Origin: Eledone cirrhosa
Taxonomy: Eukaryota
Length of the DNA: 64,000 bases
Assembly: GCA_964016885.1 (NCBI GenBank)
Contig: OZ024741.1
Span: 290,842,001-290,906,000 of the forward strand
Reading direction: 5' to 3'
In this document: positions 13,624 through 27,061 of the stretch, in pieces
Layout of the letters: the number at the start of each line of letters is the position of its first letter
How positions within the stretch are numbered: the first letter of the stretch is position 1
The notes under the pieces: generated by a model
Seen by the model: the letters and a program-made list of their open reading frames with translations, nothing else
The model's database searches: none
What the model was told of the DNA's origin: nothing
Position numbers and translations under genes: made by a program

Positions 13624-15217
13624 CCCTGAGGTAGGACTAAAATTTCTGAAGTGATCGCCGCCTGAAATGATTTCAAAAAGGATGAAAAACATCGTGGCCA
13701 GCGGTCAAAGTAAAAGTGTTGTGAAGGTAGACCGGATGGCGAGTAAGTTCATTGCTAGAAGTAGCAGTTAGTTACCGCCTAAGGTTTACTCAACCGAAAG
13801 GGAGTATAGAATACATTCATAATGATATATATAAATTACGGAATAATCAAAACTATGTTCAAAACATTTTATTGCTGACAATCGTTTCTTCCAAACTTTC
13901 GTGTGGAATCATCGGAGAACTAGCAAAGTTTAGACTTATAATTAACCTCCTATTCCACAGAACAATGTTAAAGATGCATAGATGTTAGTGTTGTCATTAA
14001 TAGTGTCATATTTAAAGAGTGATGATCATGTGGTCAGTATCAGTGGATGCGACAAAGATTATAAAAGAATAATACAACAATTATAGAGGAATTTTTGTCT
14101 GACTGTTCTTCAAACTTATAATTTTATATAGCTCTGAATAATAATTATTTGCTAAATTTTTCATAGAGCCAGACAGTTGAAGGTGGCCACACTCATATAT
14201 ATATCTGTATCCTTATGAATTTTTTTCTATACTCTATTTGTGCGTCTTTTATGAGTGTATTCACTTTAGGGGGACTGCTGGAGAATCGGGAGATATTGTT
14301 TAGCGGCTTTCACAATGTTGAAGTTCCTTGGGTTGTGACTGATGACAAAAAAGATAACTGTTTTTTCCATTTTATTTTGTTGCTTTGTTTTCCTCATTGC
14401 TGTCACTGGGATATTCTAGGCTTTGGAGATGGTAGTGCTGATGAGATGGGCTATAAGTATATTTACATATAGGGAAGTGAATATGTGAGCTAGCATGTCA
14501 CCCCCACACACACACACTTTCCCTCCCAAACCAATATCAACAACATACATTTTTGACAAATATTCCAAAACTATCCTTATTCTTCTCTTCGCTGTCATCT
14601 CATTCTTATCAAAAGACATGTATCTTACACCTCATTGACCCCCACTACCACCACCATCAACAGACACACATCGAGATTCATCTTTAATATAGAAAATTGT
14701 TGAAGGTATTTTTAATAAATTTAAGTGAGTTGATTCAGTTATAAAAAATGCATTTGAAAAAAATCCTGCCATTATATTAGTCAAAGGCCATTTGTTGAAA
14801 TGGAACCAGCAAGGGGTACTTTTACAGCGCCTTACACACTCTTTAAAAAAAACCAATAGCACTCGTCACCATTCACAATTTTCTGTCTTTATAGGTATAT
14901 GTGTGTGTGTTAATTCCTTTAAATCTTCATCAACACTCCTTCACTCCCACTGTCATTAACACCGCACCCCACCCACCCCAGACATATCCAAATCTCTCTT
15001 ATATATAGTCACACATCACAACACAATCTGATCTCATTTTGACAATCGCCACCGACGAATGCGAGAAAGTTCTCCAGGAAAATTAACCAGGAATCTTAAA
15101 TCTTCCCACCGAAGTTAACAAAGAACTTACTAGATCTACCAACTCATAATATTGTTATAATATAAAATTAAATCAAATTGTTTAGATCTACAAGTGAAGT
15201 CATTATTTTCCTTTTTT

Positions 15218-15265
<48 letters not shown>

Positions 15266-15268
<3 letters not shown>

Positions 15269-15688
15269 AAAAGAATGAATGAAATTTCATTTCTCACTCT
15301 TAGTACGTCTGATACTCAAATATAAGTATGTATACGTACATACATATATGTATACAGACGTACAGTAGTATGTATATATATACATACATGCACACATGTA
15401 TGTACGTATGGGTTTACGAACATTTATTATAATGTTCGGTTTGTTTGTAAACAAACATCCCGAATTAAGCCGTTTCAAACGTTCAATCATCTGATTAACA
15501 ATCGTCAGCATCGTATACCTTCCTGTCAGATGGTTGAACGTCTGAAAGTATATACTTTCCTTATGCATGTTAACGGTTGAGCAGCCTAATTTGCATATCG
15601 AGTGAGTTAGTCGGCCGGGCGCACCGAAAACGATAAATGGAAAAGAATAAAGCGAAATTTCATTTCTCTTAGTACGGCTGGTACTTAA

Positions 15689-15692
<4 letters not shown>
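15266..15692 (-). mobile_element. Diverged relative of the 2825-3857 element with a degenerate HHR
   Basis: Shares TATACAGACGTACAGTAG, GAAAGTATATACTTTCCTTATG and GAGCAGCCTAATTTGCATAT, has a terminal direct repeat, and lies between (AT)n runs. Confidence 0.75.
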
Positions 15693-15745
<53 letters not shown>

Positions 15746-15814
15746 GCGCAATATATGCGCATGTGTGTTTTATATGATTTAATCTAAACAAAAGGGGAAG
15801 ATACGTTGTTAATT

Positions 15815-16030
15815 ATTTCATTGTTTTACGATCGTTTCAGAGGGTTTTACCCATGGGTGTTTTGTCGTTTTGTAAATCAGGAACTACATTGTCCAAAGTA
15901 TGTTTCCTTGTTTTAATAAGGAGAGGTTATGATTCGAGGGAGACTCTTTCTATAAGGCATAGTTATTACATGGTGGTTCCCTCCATCGTCTCGATTTGTT
16001 TGGGAAGAGCACTGGGGGAAAAGACAATTC
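15815..16030 (-). pseudogene. PLE C-terminal remnant followed by a hammerhead remnant
   Basis: rc translates to about LCLIERVSLES*PLLIKTRK (a C.LCL.E..LLN.R-like tail). Downstream GAAACgatcGTA is present but the CUGANGA box is eroded. Confidence 0.4.
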
Positions 16031-16579
16031 ATATAGAATGGTTATAAAAAATGTTCATTGAATATAAGGGAGGAAGGAATACAGTAGTACATATAGAAAG
16101 ATAATATGAGAAAGATGAAACAAGGGGAATGAAAAGAAAGAGAACTTAAGAGTGGAGATGTGAGGGAAAAAGAGAGGGAGAGATGAATAAAGAGATGAAT
16201 GTGTAGTGGGAGAGAGATTAGTTTTAAATGTTCCCGTGATAAATCATACTTTGAATTCAGAGAGAGATTTTAGGACAGGAAGAGAGAGATTGTGGGTGAA
16301 GTTCATTGTAAATTGTTCTCTACGAGCGATTAAGAGAGAGCGAGAGAGAGTGAGAGCGAGAGAGAAAGAGAGAGAGAGAGAGAACGAGAGTGACCGATAG
16401 AGAGAAAACAGGAGACATAATGTGTGGAAGGAGAAGAGAAGGTTGAGCAAAATGCTCGTTGAATTCTCTCCCTGACAAACCAGGGCATACCCTAAACCGA
16501 GAGGAACGTAACGCTTCAATTGCGTTGTACTTAATGTTTACACGGCTGAGGAATCCTTTTGTCGGCCAAAATTAAGGGT

Positions 16580-16619
16580 CTACTACTACTGCTGCTGTTG
16601 CTGCTGTTGCTGCTGTTGC

Positions 16620-16651
<32 letters not shown>

Positions 16652-16669
16652 ATGTTCCTGCTGCTGCTG

Positions 16670-16719
<50 letters not shown>

Positions 16720-16720
16720 G
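16580..16720. repeat. Compound (CTG/TTG/CTA)n microsatellite
   Basis: Seen directly. Confidence 0.95.
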
Positions 16721-16784
16721 CTTCTTCTGTTGTGCCTTACTTCCCATTTTGTTCCAATAGCCAATAAAATATTATTATAGTGTA

Positions 16785-17122
16785 TTGGCAGAATCGGTAG
16801 AGCGTCGGGTAATATACTTCGTAGCATAGAGTTATGACTCTTTACGTTCGGATTTCAAATCCCACCGAGATTAGCTTATGGGGCCAATAAAATAAAGTAC
16901 CAGTAATGCACTGATTCGATTTAATCGACTTTCCCCTCCCCTAATATTATTGGCCTTGTGCCAAAATAAGAAACCGTTATTATTATTGTACGTCCCTTTA
17001 TGGCCTGAGTTCAAATCCCGTCGAGGTTAACTTTGCCTTTCATCCTTACGGGGTCGATAAAATAAAGTACCAGTAATGTACTGAGTAATTGCTGGCCTTC
17101 TGCCAAAAGTAGAAACAATTAT
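16785..17122 (+). mobile_element. Two tRNA-SINE copies
   Basis: A-box-like TGGCAGAATCGGTAGAGCG, B box and SINE core or tail present twice. Confidence 0.8.
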
Positions 17123-17382
17123 AATTATTATTGTAAACTCCCACTGACCCTGTCTTTGTATTGTCCCCTACATGTCTGCCCTTGTGTCCAATAAATGAAA
17201 TCCTTGATGATTCCGTGATGTTGTAAATTTGAGTTGTTTTTTTGTTTAAAATTATATTTGACTTTTGCTGCAAAGTGTTCATAGGACTTCCGTCTGTGTC
17301 CCCTGACAGGGAGACTTTATAATATTTGAGCCAAAATGCTCAAATATTTGAACTTTGTACGTTTTTTGCTTATTATTGTAAG

Positions 17383-17595
17383 GGCGGTGGATTGGCAGTA
17401 TCGGTAGAGCATTAAATAACATGCTTTGCGGCATAGAGTTACGACCCTTTACATCCTGAGTTCAAATGCCGCCGAGGTTAGCTTTGCCTTTCATCATTAC
17501 GGTGTCAATAAAATAAAGCACCAGCAATGCGCTGGGTTCGATTTAATCGACTTTACCCTCCCCCAAAATTGCTGACCTTGTGCCTAGAAACAATT
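17383..17595 (+). mobile_element. Full-length tRNA-derived SINE
   Basis: GGCGGTGGATTGGCAGTATCGGTAGAGC...GAGTTCAAATGCCGCC...core...TAGAAACAATTATT. Confidence 0.85.
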
Positions 17596-17706
17596 ATTAT
17601 TATCATTAGTAGTAGAATTCACAGTAATAGTAGTAGTAATAGTAGTAGTAGTAGTAGTAGCAGCAGTAGTCGTAGTTAGCAGTAGCAATACAACGGGTAT
17701 ATATAA

Positions 17707-17743
<37 letters not shown>

Positions 17744-18541
17744 CTGATATAAGAAAACAGCAAGCACAAACAAACAAAAGTGATATATAGTACATATATG
17801 TGTGTATGGGGTCACATTTCTCTCCTCACCGACGTATTTGTAAGTTCGGTTCGGTTGGGAACAAACTAGAGCAATATTTACTCCTCTGCTGACTTAGCGA
17901 AGATACTTTTAACGCTCCATATGACACCATTTGTCTATCCCAGTCGTTGTAGGTGTTTTATTATCATTTATATTTATTTATTTATTGCTATTTTGTTTTC
18001 TTTTCCCTTTATTTTCATTATGTTATAATTATTTTCATGTTGTTGTTATTGTTGCCATTCTTTTTGCATTATATTTGTTACTTGTGTTGGGAAATTTTTG
18101 TGTGTGCATATGTGTTTGTGTGTGTGTTTGTGAGAGTGTATGTGTGTGTGTGTGTGTGTTTGTGTATGTGTTTATGTGTGTGTATGTGTGTATGTGTTTA
18201 TGTGTGTGTACGTGTGTGTGTATGTGTGTGTGTGTGGGGGGGGTGTAGCAGGTAGAGACGTGAGGGAAATAGGGGCGGGTGTTGTCGTTTCAAAGGTAGA
18301 ATTAAGGGAATTGTCAAACAATATAAGAAAGTGAGTTATTTGCGTCTGAAAGGAATGAAGGAATGACTTGTTATAAATCTTAAGTAACTTGACACCAAAT
18401 TGGATGTATGTCAAAGGTGGACATGGCTTGATAAAGAAATTGATAGAAATGTGAGACATTCACAAACTGCAAAACATCGTGTTCGATTTTTACCTTTACC
18501 CTTTACTTTATTCATTCAAGTGTAAGGGTGTTATACACACA

Positions 18542-18578
<37 letters not shown>

Positions 18579-18751
18579 GCGCGCGCGCACACAGACACAG
18601 ACACACACGCGCGCGCTCGCGCACACACACACACATATATGTATACATTAATATAGAAATGACTTCTACAGGACTAGAACTGTTTCATTCCAAGGAAACA
18701 TTTATACTCTGCTATGTGGTTACCCTCGATTGAACTTGGGATACACTTATA

Positions 18752-18830
<79 letters not shown>

Positions 18831-18891
18831 TTATATATACTTATATATATATATATATATATATATATACTTATATATATATATATATATG

Positions 18892-18959
<68 letters not shown>

Positions 18960-18964
<5 letters not shown>

Positions 18965-19270
18965 ACATACCTGGAAAAAAGACAACCTTGACGGTTGGAG
19001 CTTCCAGGAAGCTCGAACCATTTAGGTTGTCTTTTTTCCGGGTATGTTAATATTTATTTATAAAACAAATATGTATTTTATCTGATGAAAGCGCACCATA
19101 ATTTGCCTTGGTTGTCCTTGAAATATGTATAATAAAATAAATATGGTTTTATAAATATAGTTTCCATTTATTAATATATTGTGTATTTACTCCACCAACT
19201 TGTTGAGTGCTTTATATCAGTTATAAACATTTTAAAGCTAGTTGAATCCCAACAAATTAAATATAACCTC

Positions 19271-19272
<2 letters not shown>
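18960..19272 (+). mobile_element. HHR-bearing pLTR-like element with a 5' fold-back
   Basis: Hairpin at 18960-19052. Homologous to 62406-62826. (AT)n on both sides. Confidence 0.75.
19074..19139 (+). ncRNA. Type I minimal hammerhead ribozyme
   Basis: TATTTTAT-CTGATGA-AAG...CTT-GAAAT atgt ATA-ATAAAATA, with a perfect 8-bp stem I. Confidence 0.8.
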
Positions 19273-19330
<58 letters not shown>

Positions 19331-19333
<3 letters not shown>

Positions 19334-20934
19334 TGCCCCGCAAAAGTTTACAACACATTAGGAAAAATGCGGTTTTAGGTATTTTTAATAAAGTTAGGGT
19401 AATGAAAATTTAACTACTGTTAGAACATATAATGAGGCATTTAATGATACAATCATAGTTTTAAAAAAATAACAAGGTAATAACTCATGAAGAAAAATCA
19501 ATATTTTTATAACGCAAAAGTTTACAACACATTTATTAAATCATCTCTTAATATTTCGTAGCGTAACCTTTGTTGCTAATTACAGCCTGTAGGGCGTTTG
19601 GAGTAGCCTCCTACAAACTTCTTGCATGTTTCTTGGCTAATATTTATCCATTCTTCACAACAAATTTTCTTCAGTTCAGGGATATTTTGGGGTTTCCTTT
19701 TTTGAATTCTCTCCACAAATTTTCGATCGGGTTAAGATCTGGAGACTAAACATGGTCATTTTAGAACATTTATTCCATTCGTACTTAACCAAGATTGTGT
19801 TAGCTTTGCAGTATGCTTTGGATTGTTATCTTGTTGAAAAAACCAACCTGGCTTTAAGGTGAGAGAATGTGCACTTTGATGTAAATTCCTTTGGAAAATA
19901 CCTCTATAATAAGTGCCACCCATTCTTCCTTCTATTATTTCAATATTTCCTACTCCTGTGACACTAAAGCAACCCCAGACCATGATTGATCCACCTCCAA
20001 ATTTTACAGTTGGAATAGTATTCTTCAGCGAATATTCAGTACCTTTCTTTCTCCAGACTTTTGACACAGCATTTCGACCAAAATGTTCAATTTTTGTTTC
20101 GTCCGACTAAAGTACATCTTCACAAAATCACGCAGGTTTGATGAGATGCTCATTTGCAAAGTTTAATCGACGAAGAACGTGTTTCCTCGTAAGAAGTGGT
20201 GTTTTCCTTGGAGACCTCGAGAAGATATTATATCGACGAAGTGAACGACTAATTGTATCTGTGCTCACTTTGACTCCACTTTCTTCTAGGTCATCCTGAA
20301 GATTTTTAAGAGTACACCGGCATTCGTTGCCAACCTTTCTCGTCAATAACCGAGCTGCACGTTCCGTTATATTTCTAGGACAACCAGAACTAATTAGAGG
20401 ACAGATGGAATGATGAGATTTCTAGTGACGAATTATTGTACCAACTGAACTCAATGGCACATTTAACTGACAAGATATCTTTCTATAACCAACACCATTT
20501 GTATGAAGGTCTACAATGCGTTTACAGAGGTCTTGATCAATCAGTTTATTTTCCCCCATATTGTCCATGTTTACAGGACGGTTGTCAATGTTTACAGGAT
20601 GGTTGTCAGACAAATAATGATGTAATGTTTTTAATAGTTCTTAGAAGTTACCTTAAACATAATCTAGAACATTCTACTGAATTTTAAATCTGAAAATTTA
20701 AGAATTTTCTTGAAAAGAAGCGATAAATATAAAATGTGTTGTAAACTTTTGCGTTATAAAATATTGATTTTTCTTCATGTGTTATTTCCTTGTTATCTTT
20801 TTAAAAATATGATTCTATCATTAAATGCCTCATTATATGTTCTATCAGTAGTTAAATTTTCATTACCCTAACATTATTAAAAATATCTAAAACTGCATTT
20901 TTCCTAATGTGTTGTAAACCTTTGCGGGGCACTG
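19331..20934 (-). mobile_element. Tc1/mariner transposon with ~200-bp IR/DR-type TIRs and TA target
   Basis: TA-CAGTGCCCCGCAAA...TTTGCGGGGCACTG-TA. AAAGTTTACAACACATT is repeated at both ends of the left TIR and mirrored in the right TIR. Confidence 0.95.
19550..20560 (-). pseudogene. Tc1 DDE transposase, frameshifted
   Basis: Motifs GYRKISCQL, PTVKFGGGSIMVWGCF, FQQDNNPKHTAK, SPDLNPIENLW and GYATKY are spread over several frames. Confidence 0.92.
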
Positions 20935-20958
20935 TATATATATATATATATATATATA

Positions 20959-21160
20959 TTATTCAAAATATTAAAAAATGAAGATATTCACATAATCAAA
21001 ATATAAGATTTCTTACATATATGTTGATTATGTGAATATCTTCATTTGTTAATATTTTGAATAATATTAAAAACTCCAGGGAAACTTTTGCGGTTGAGTG
21101 CTTTTAATCTATTGTAAAAGTGTATTCATTGAGTAATCAATGAACCATACTAATCTTTAG
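20959..21160. mobile_element. Truncated fold-back element related to the 18960 family
   Basis: Hairpin at 20959-21063, and CTCCA...TTGAGTGCTTT shared with 19189-19213. Confidence 0.5.
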
Positions 21161-21311
<151 letters not shown>

Positions 21312-21334
21312 TATATATAATATATATATATATA

Positions 21335-21575
21335 TTTGCGGTTGTACCCCTGGTAGTGGAGACTTCTGGTGTCCCCGGTCCTAGGGCTACCTCCCTACTC
21401 ACCACCATAGGCGCTGAGCTGGCCAGCCGCAGGTGTGAATCCTGCGAGCTGGAGTGGCTTTTCCACCGCATCTCCCTTGTCGTCCTCCGGAGAAACGCCT
21501 TCTCCATCCTGTCTGCCGGGACTGTGGTGTGTGTGTGTGGGGAGAGGGGGGTCATCGCGTAACATTCCATATTTA
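21335..21575 (+). mobile_element. CRE-like (restriction-like endonuclease) non-LTR retrotransposon 3' end
   Basis: VETSGVPGPRATSLLTTIGAELA...LFHRISLVVLRRNAFSIL. Close match to 58438-58648. Confidence 0.7.
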
Positions 21576-22977
21576 AGTATGTGCACTATTATGTACATGC
21601 ACTGATTGCTCTGCAGTAAATATGACGGGCTTTGTAGTCAAAAAGCAATGTTTAACGTATATTAATATTGTCTGGGATGTATGTATATATATGTAATACA
21701 ATTGATAAGCACCAAAAGGAAAACTCACGAAGATATAATTGATTTTGTACTCTAAAATGATCATCATAAAACAGATATGTCCACAAAGATTGTCATGTGG
21801 TTGAGTTGTTTGCTTAGAAAATATGTAGGTTCGGTTTCAATCCCAGTTTGCAACACCTTGATCAAAATTAACATATCTTCTGGTTGACACAGAAAGCGAT
21901 ATACACACCTACCACATAGAGAAAGATTATGACCCTGTTCAGCCACCACATATTCGAAAAATAATTTGAAAATCTCAAATCTTAAAAGCCTCAGAACCAG
22001 ACATATCATCCGGAAGGAATCACTTCTCTTTTCAACAATTTCATCTATTTCTACTCACACTTTCAAATTCCCAGTATTTGGAAGCTAGGCATATTACAAT
22101 TTTAAAACACAACAAAACCTCGAATAAAATAAGAGCATATGGATTCATCACCCACCTATGCGCACCTTTTTCAACTCTAGTAAGGCTAATCTTTGATATC
22201 ACCGAATTTTGCATTTTCCTTTCAAAACAATAAAACAAATTCAAACCACTGCTACAATCCATATCACTACTCAAAAGCCTAAAACACAAACACATGTTAG
22301 TAAAAAAAAAGAATAACATTTTCTCACATTCATCCTTCTGCTGGACATCAACAAAGTCTTCTTATGTCATTCATTGCAATCCAATAATACAAACAAATTA
22401 CACATCAGCTTAAAAAAGAACACGGAATTGTGTCTAGCAACCTACACTTCAGGCCACTAAATCTATTTAGTGTACAAGAATAACATTACAGAAATAAGAA
22501 ATTTCCAAAGGAAATACATTAGTGATCGGTACACTCACACATTCTATTCAACCTGTACCTATATAACCATACCACACCTCTGCAACACACACATACATCA
22601 TCATACTTGGATGATCTCTCACTTAAATCATCCCATCACTCTCCAGATATTGCTGGACAATTTATTATTGTAACTCCACGTAAATCAGCTAGAAAACAGG
22701 TACCTTAACAGCAGGCATCAAATAGTACCTACAAAATTCAGTCTCACTTCTTACCGTCAACAATAGAGGACATCATCTTTGACAGCACGCAAATAAAATA
22801 TAATAATGACTTCTGGTATAGGCAAAAGGCCAATCATTTCGGAGGAGGGAAATTGATTCGATACTAGTGTGTTACTAGTACTCTACTTTATTGACCCCGC
22901 TGAGAGTGAGGAGAAACTCTGGTTTCTCCTCACCGCATGCGGATAAATCTTCCGTGTTTTACTAAAGAAAACATAAT

Positions 22978-23170
22978 AATTGTTTCTACTTTTAGCACAA
23001 GGCCAGCAATTATCCCAGTAAATTACTAGTACTTTATTTTACCGACCCCGTAAGGATGAAAGGGAAAGTTAACCTCGGCGGGATTTGAACTCAGATCATA
23101 AAGGGCCGTAACTCGTTGCTGCAAAGCATGGCATCCGACCCTCTACTGATACTGCCAATCGACAGCCCTT
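22978..23170 (-). mobile_element. tRNA-derived SINE
   Basis: Reverse complement of the family consensus. Confidence 0.85.
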
Positions 23171-23212
23171 TATGAAAACATAATTGTTTTTACTTTTGGC
23201 ACAAGGCCAATA

Positions 23213-23251
23213 AAAAAAATCGCATCGTCCCTGGGTGGACTCGAACCACCG
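23213..23251 (-). pseudogene. tRNA 3'-half fragment (tRNA-Asn-like) followed by an oligo-T run
   Basis: rc: GGTGGTTCGAGTCCACCCAGGGACG-ATGCGA-TTTTTTT. The 5' half is missing. Confidence 0.55.
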
Positions 23252-23774
23252 TCCCTGATGAAGACAAAATAAGAATGTACATACATAGCGCAATTACAGG
23301 TACCAAATTTGGCCAACAGAAAGAACCAAAAACAATAAGTTAAATTCGTCTTGGTATACACCAGATAAAACTAAGATCACAATATAAAAAAAACAGACTA
23401 AAATAAACCAAAAGATCAGAAAGACATTGTATTATGCGTCATAGAAATTACATAGATTGCTTCCATAGATCATCTACAATGAAAAAAAAAAATCAAAACA
23501 AAAAAAGCGAAAGACCAGCTAGACATCCAAAGAGTACAGTTTGTTGTCGCAGTAAGCTTCAATCACAAGAATATCTGTCACTACACGAAAGCCATCCCAC
23601 AAACATTCCGAAGCTTAGACACACACACACACATATATATATATAGGAAAATGTTCAAGACTCCGACGGCAGAGCTGAAGCCGTTTCGACGGCTATTTCT
23701 GGACACCACTCTACTACCCTAAGTATTGAGTACTCTGGTGCGTTATGGTCCACCTGGTTCCTTACCACACTTCC

Positions 23775-23865
<91 letters not shown>

Positions 23866-24004
23866 TATATATATAATGTAGGAGGTGAGTTTTATTGTAG
23901 CACAATAAAGCAATGCAAATCTCAGATAAGTAGCACCCAACAGTTTATAGGACTGGAGTATAAATAATATAAAATCAAAAGATGGTTAAAAGAGTTCCAT
24001 GTAT

Positions 24005-24064
24005 TTTATTATGCGCATTTAAAAATATCATCATGGGATGATATTTGCGTTCTCATCAGATAAA
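24005..24064 (-). ncRNA. Degenerate hammerhead (GAAA box mutated to TAAA)
   Basis: rc: TTTAT-CTGATGA-GAA...TTT-TAAAT gcgc ATA-ATAAA. Confidence 0.5.
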
Positions 24065-24366
24065 GTAGGGAGACATGATATGAAGCTTCAAAAACACTTG
24101 CGTGCAGTGAAGTGTTAAATCAACGTATATATACATATATATATATTGGTAAACGGAATAGAAATGCTGACAAATTGTTCACAGTTGAAAAATGGTTTAA
24201 TTAGGAATAAAAGAGTATTAGTGATTGTATGGATTAGTATTCAGTTGTGGTTTTAAGTTTTTAAGTTTTTACCGGTTGCGCATTTCTAAATGCTTTTCAA
24301 AAATAATTTGGAGATAGAGTGTCCGTGCTGTTTGCTCTGATCTGATTAGTTTTGAGAATTCTACCT

Positions 24367-24610
24367 GTTTTTATGTTAAAAAAGTGGCTCCAGCGATACT
24401 TTGGTGTTGCAAAAATTCTTGTGGTCAAAACAATTTTGATTGGTCGGTAGAGGTCATGTGAATGTAAAAAATTGATTTTGTGCCAAGACTGTTTTTATGT
24501 AAAAAAAGTGGCTCCAGCGATACTTTGGTGTTGCAAAAATTCTTGTGGTCAAAACAATTTTGATTGGTCGGTAGAGGTCATGTGAATAAAAAATTGGTTT
24601 TGCGCCAAGA
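24367..24610. repeat. ~123-bp direct tandem duplication
   Basis: AAAAAAGTGGCTCCAGCGATAC...GAGGTCATGTGAAT occurs twice. Confidence 0.9.
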
Positions 24611-24635
24611 TTAAGAAATGACTCTTTCACAACAA

Positions 24636-24677
<42 letters not shown>

Positions 24678-24752
24678 TAGTAGTAGTAGTAGTAAGGTGT
24701 TCGATGTTGTGATAATGGTTAGCAGCGATGTGTGTCAAATGGCTATTAAGAT

Positions 24753-24804
<52 letters not shown>

Positions 24805-24815
<11 letters not shown>

Positions 24816-24968
24816 GCAGAGTAATTCGTGGTGGCAGGGATGGACAGTAAGAATGTGTTTGAAAGCAATGGGGGGTATTTTAGCAGTGTGTGTGTATAGC
24901 AGAGTAATTCGTGGTGGCAGGGATGGTCAGTAAGAATGTGTTTGAAAGCAATGGGGGGTATTTTAGCA
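24805..24968. repeat. ~83-bp direct tandem duplication
   Basis: GTATAGCAGAGTAATTCGTGGTGGC...GGGGGTATTTTAGCA occurs twice. Confidence 0.9.
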
Positions 24969-26440
24969 TGTCAAAAGATATTTTTCAGCTTTTGTCTTAT
25001 ACGGAGAAGTGCGTGTGTGAGTGTGTGTATATAAGTCTCTTTGTATGTTGATGTATGCGTGTGTATGTGTTTGTGTATATATGTGTGTGTGTGTGTGTGT
25101 GTCTGTGTGGGTGGACCAGTATTTTTTTCCCCCTGGTAAAATGGTGTACATTATTCGATTTTTTCAGTAAAATCGGTTCTCTTAATAGAACATCAAAAAT
25201 CTTAACAATAAAAGGTGTGAAATGATATTCACTATATATATATACACATACATATATTCACTATATATATATACATATATATATATACATATATACATAT
25301 ATATACATATATATATGCACATATATTTTTTTGTGTTGCACCATAGAGCATGTGTGTTTACGTATGTCATTGTGTTTATATATGGATAGAGATGTGTGCT
25401 GATGTAGGTATGTATGTTGACGTGTGTATGTTGTGGGTTCGTCTTAGGGAGAAGTGGTTAGACGGGGTCCGTATTTGTTAATAAAGTAAGATTCCTTGCT
25501 GATGCGCTGGGTGTGGGTGGCATTATCTTTAAATTTGTAGAGGGGGAAAGATTCTGAAGTTGGGATGATTTTGTATATATATATATATATATATATATGA
25601 ATATTGGATCCTCCGTCAATGTCCGGGTGAGCAAAAATAGATTTCTATCTGCATTGGAATTTACAAACTTGTGCATCTGCTGTGGTGTCAAAAACAAACG
25701 CACATGACCGCACAAATAAACAATGGACCATGCCACGTGGCTTGAACCCGTAAGTGAATTGAAGGTTCTGCAACTCTGATACACAGATTATTTATTATTA
25801 AGATGTATAAACTTGACATAACTATTATCATCTTATATTCTCTCAACTAATCACACTTGATCATATTTCTCTATCCCGTTTTCTCCCCCCATAATTATTA
25901 TATTTTTATTATTATTTGAAAAAATCGTTTTTTTTACATTGTGTTTTCCCCTCCAAATATTCGCTTATATTTCTTTATATATTCTCTATATATTTTTTTT
26001 ATCTTTATTATTTCCACTTTTATCCTCCTTTATATTTTACCTTATTCTTACTTTTATACCTTATTATAGTGTAATCTTCCCCATGCCTTATTATACACTA
26101 TTAATTATAGATTATTATTATTATTATTACTCTTTTTCCATTTCTAATTACCTCATGTACTTTCTCCTCCGCTATATATATATATATATATTGTACGCCC
26201 TTTGTGTTTGTGTAGCCTCTGCTCACCCTCTGCACCATACTATCGACGCCATCCCATCTATGGTTCAGCTAACCACCCGACTCCCGGGAATGAATATGAC
26301 CGCAGCTCGTAAACAAGGATCCACACCCCACCCTCCCGCACCAAAATTAGACTTATCGTCCCCTACTTTTGCTCTTTACTCTCTTTACTCTTTGTTCATG
26401 AATGTTTGGTTGGTAGAGTCCATAACACCAATCAAACCCC

Positions 26441-26500
26441 TTTTATAGCTCTGACGAATCCTACGGTTACGTAAGGAAGAAACATTGTAAGCCAATAAAA
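26441..26500 (+). ncRNA. Type I minimal hammerhead ribozyme
   Basis: TTTTATAGCT-CTGACGA-A TCCTAC ggttac GTAAGGA A-GAAAC att GTA-AGCCAATAAAA. Confidence 0.75.
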
Positions 26501-26701
26501 ATCTGTTGATGTTGTAGACGCTCTTGTGTTCTTTTTCATATATACAGCTCTGCTCCAAAGCATAGAGCTAATTATTATGCTGCCAATACCTTAATGGGAC
26601 ACGGGTATACAATATCTAACTCCTATTAACCTAAGTATATATATATATATATAAAATATATATGTATAGTAATGTATATATATATATATATATATATAGT
26701 A

Positions 26702-26740
<39 letters not shown>

Positions 26741-26745
<5 letters not shown>

Positions 26746-27012
26746 ATAATAATAAATTTGAAGACTAAAGTCCGAAGAGGGCTCGATAATGATAAATATA
26801 TATCAAATATATAAGAACCGTAGAGCAAATATTTATTAAAATAACAGATTAAAGTTTAAGCAAAGAATCGCTGCTTTCACCCCTAACGGGATCTTCTGAA
26901 ACTAACAAAGCCAATCTGTGAACGCAGAAGTGAATATTTAAAAAAACGTTGCAACTGGAGGAAGACAGGAAGACGATACTTTGGTTCGTGAAACTTTCCC
27001 TGGCAAAGAACG
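26741..27012. mobile_element. Family C Helitron-related mosaic fragment
   Basis: 26741-26830 matches 5358-5443 and is followed by the shared module in the opposite orientation. Confidence 0.7.
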
Positions 27013-27061
27013 GGATATTTAAACAGCATAATTAATATTTATATATATATATATATAATTT

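Larger units (their letters stand above)
11617..15151. repeat. Large inverted duplication (arms ~11617-12870 and ~14226-15151)
   Basis: ATTATGAGTTGGTAGATCTAGTAAGTTCTTTG at the left end is the reverse complement of 15119-15150. Arms are colinear except for SINE pieces in the left arm. Confidence 0.85.

Noticed and set aside
12652-14445. CTGATGA hits at ~12654 (-), ~14339 and ~14438
   Set aside because: No downstream GAAA box with compatible stems.
22100-22800. Possible retroelement coding remnant
   Set aside because: A/C-rich and coding-like, but I could not read a diagnostic motif.
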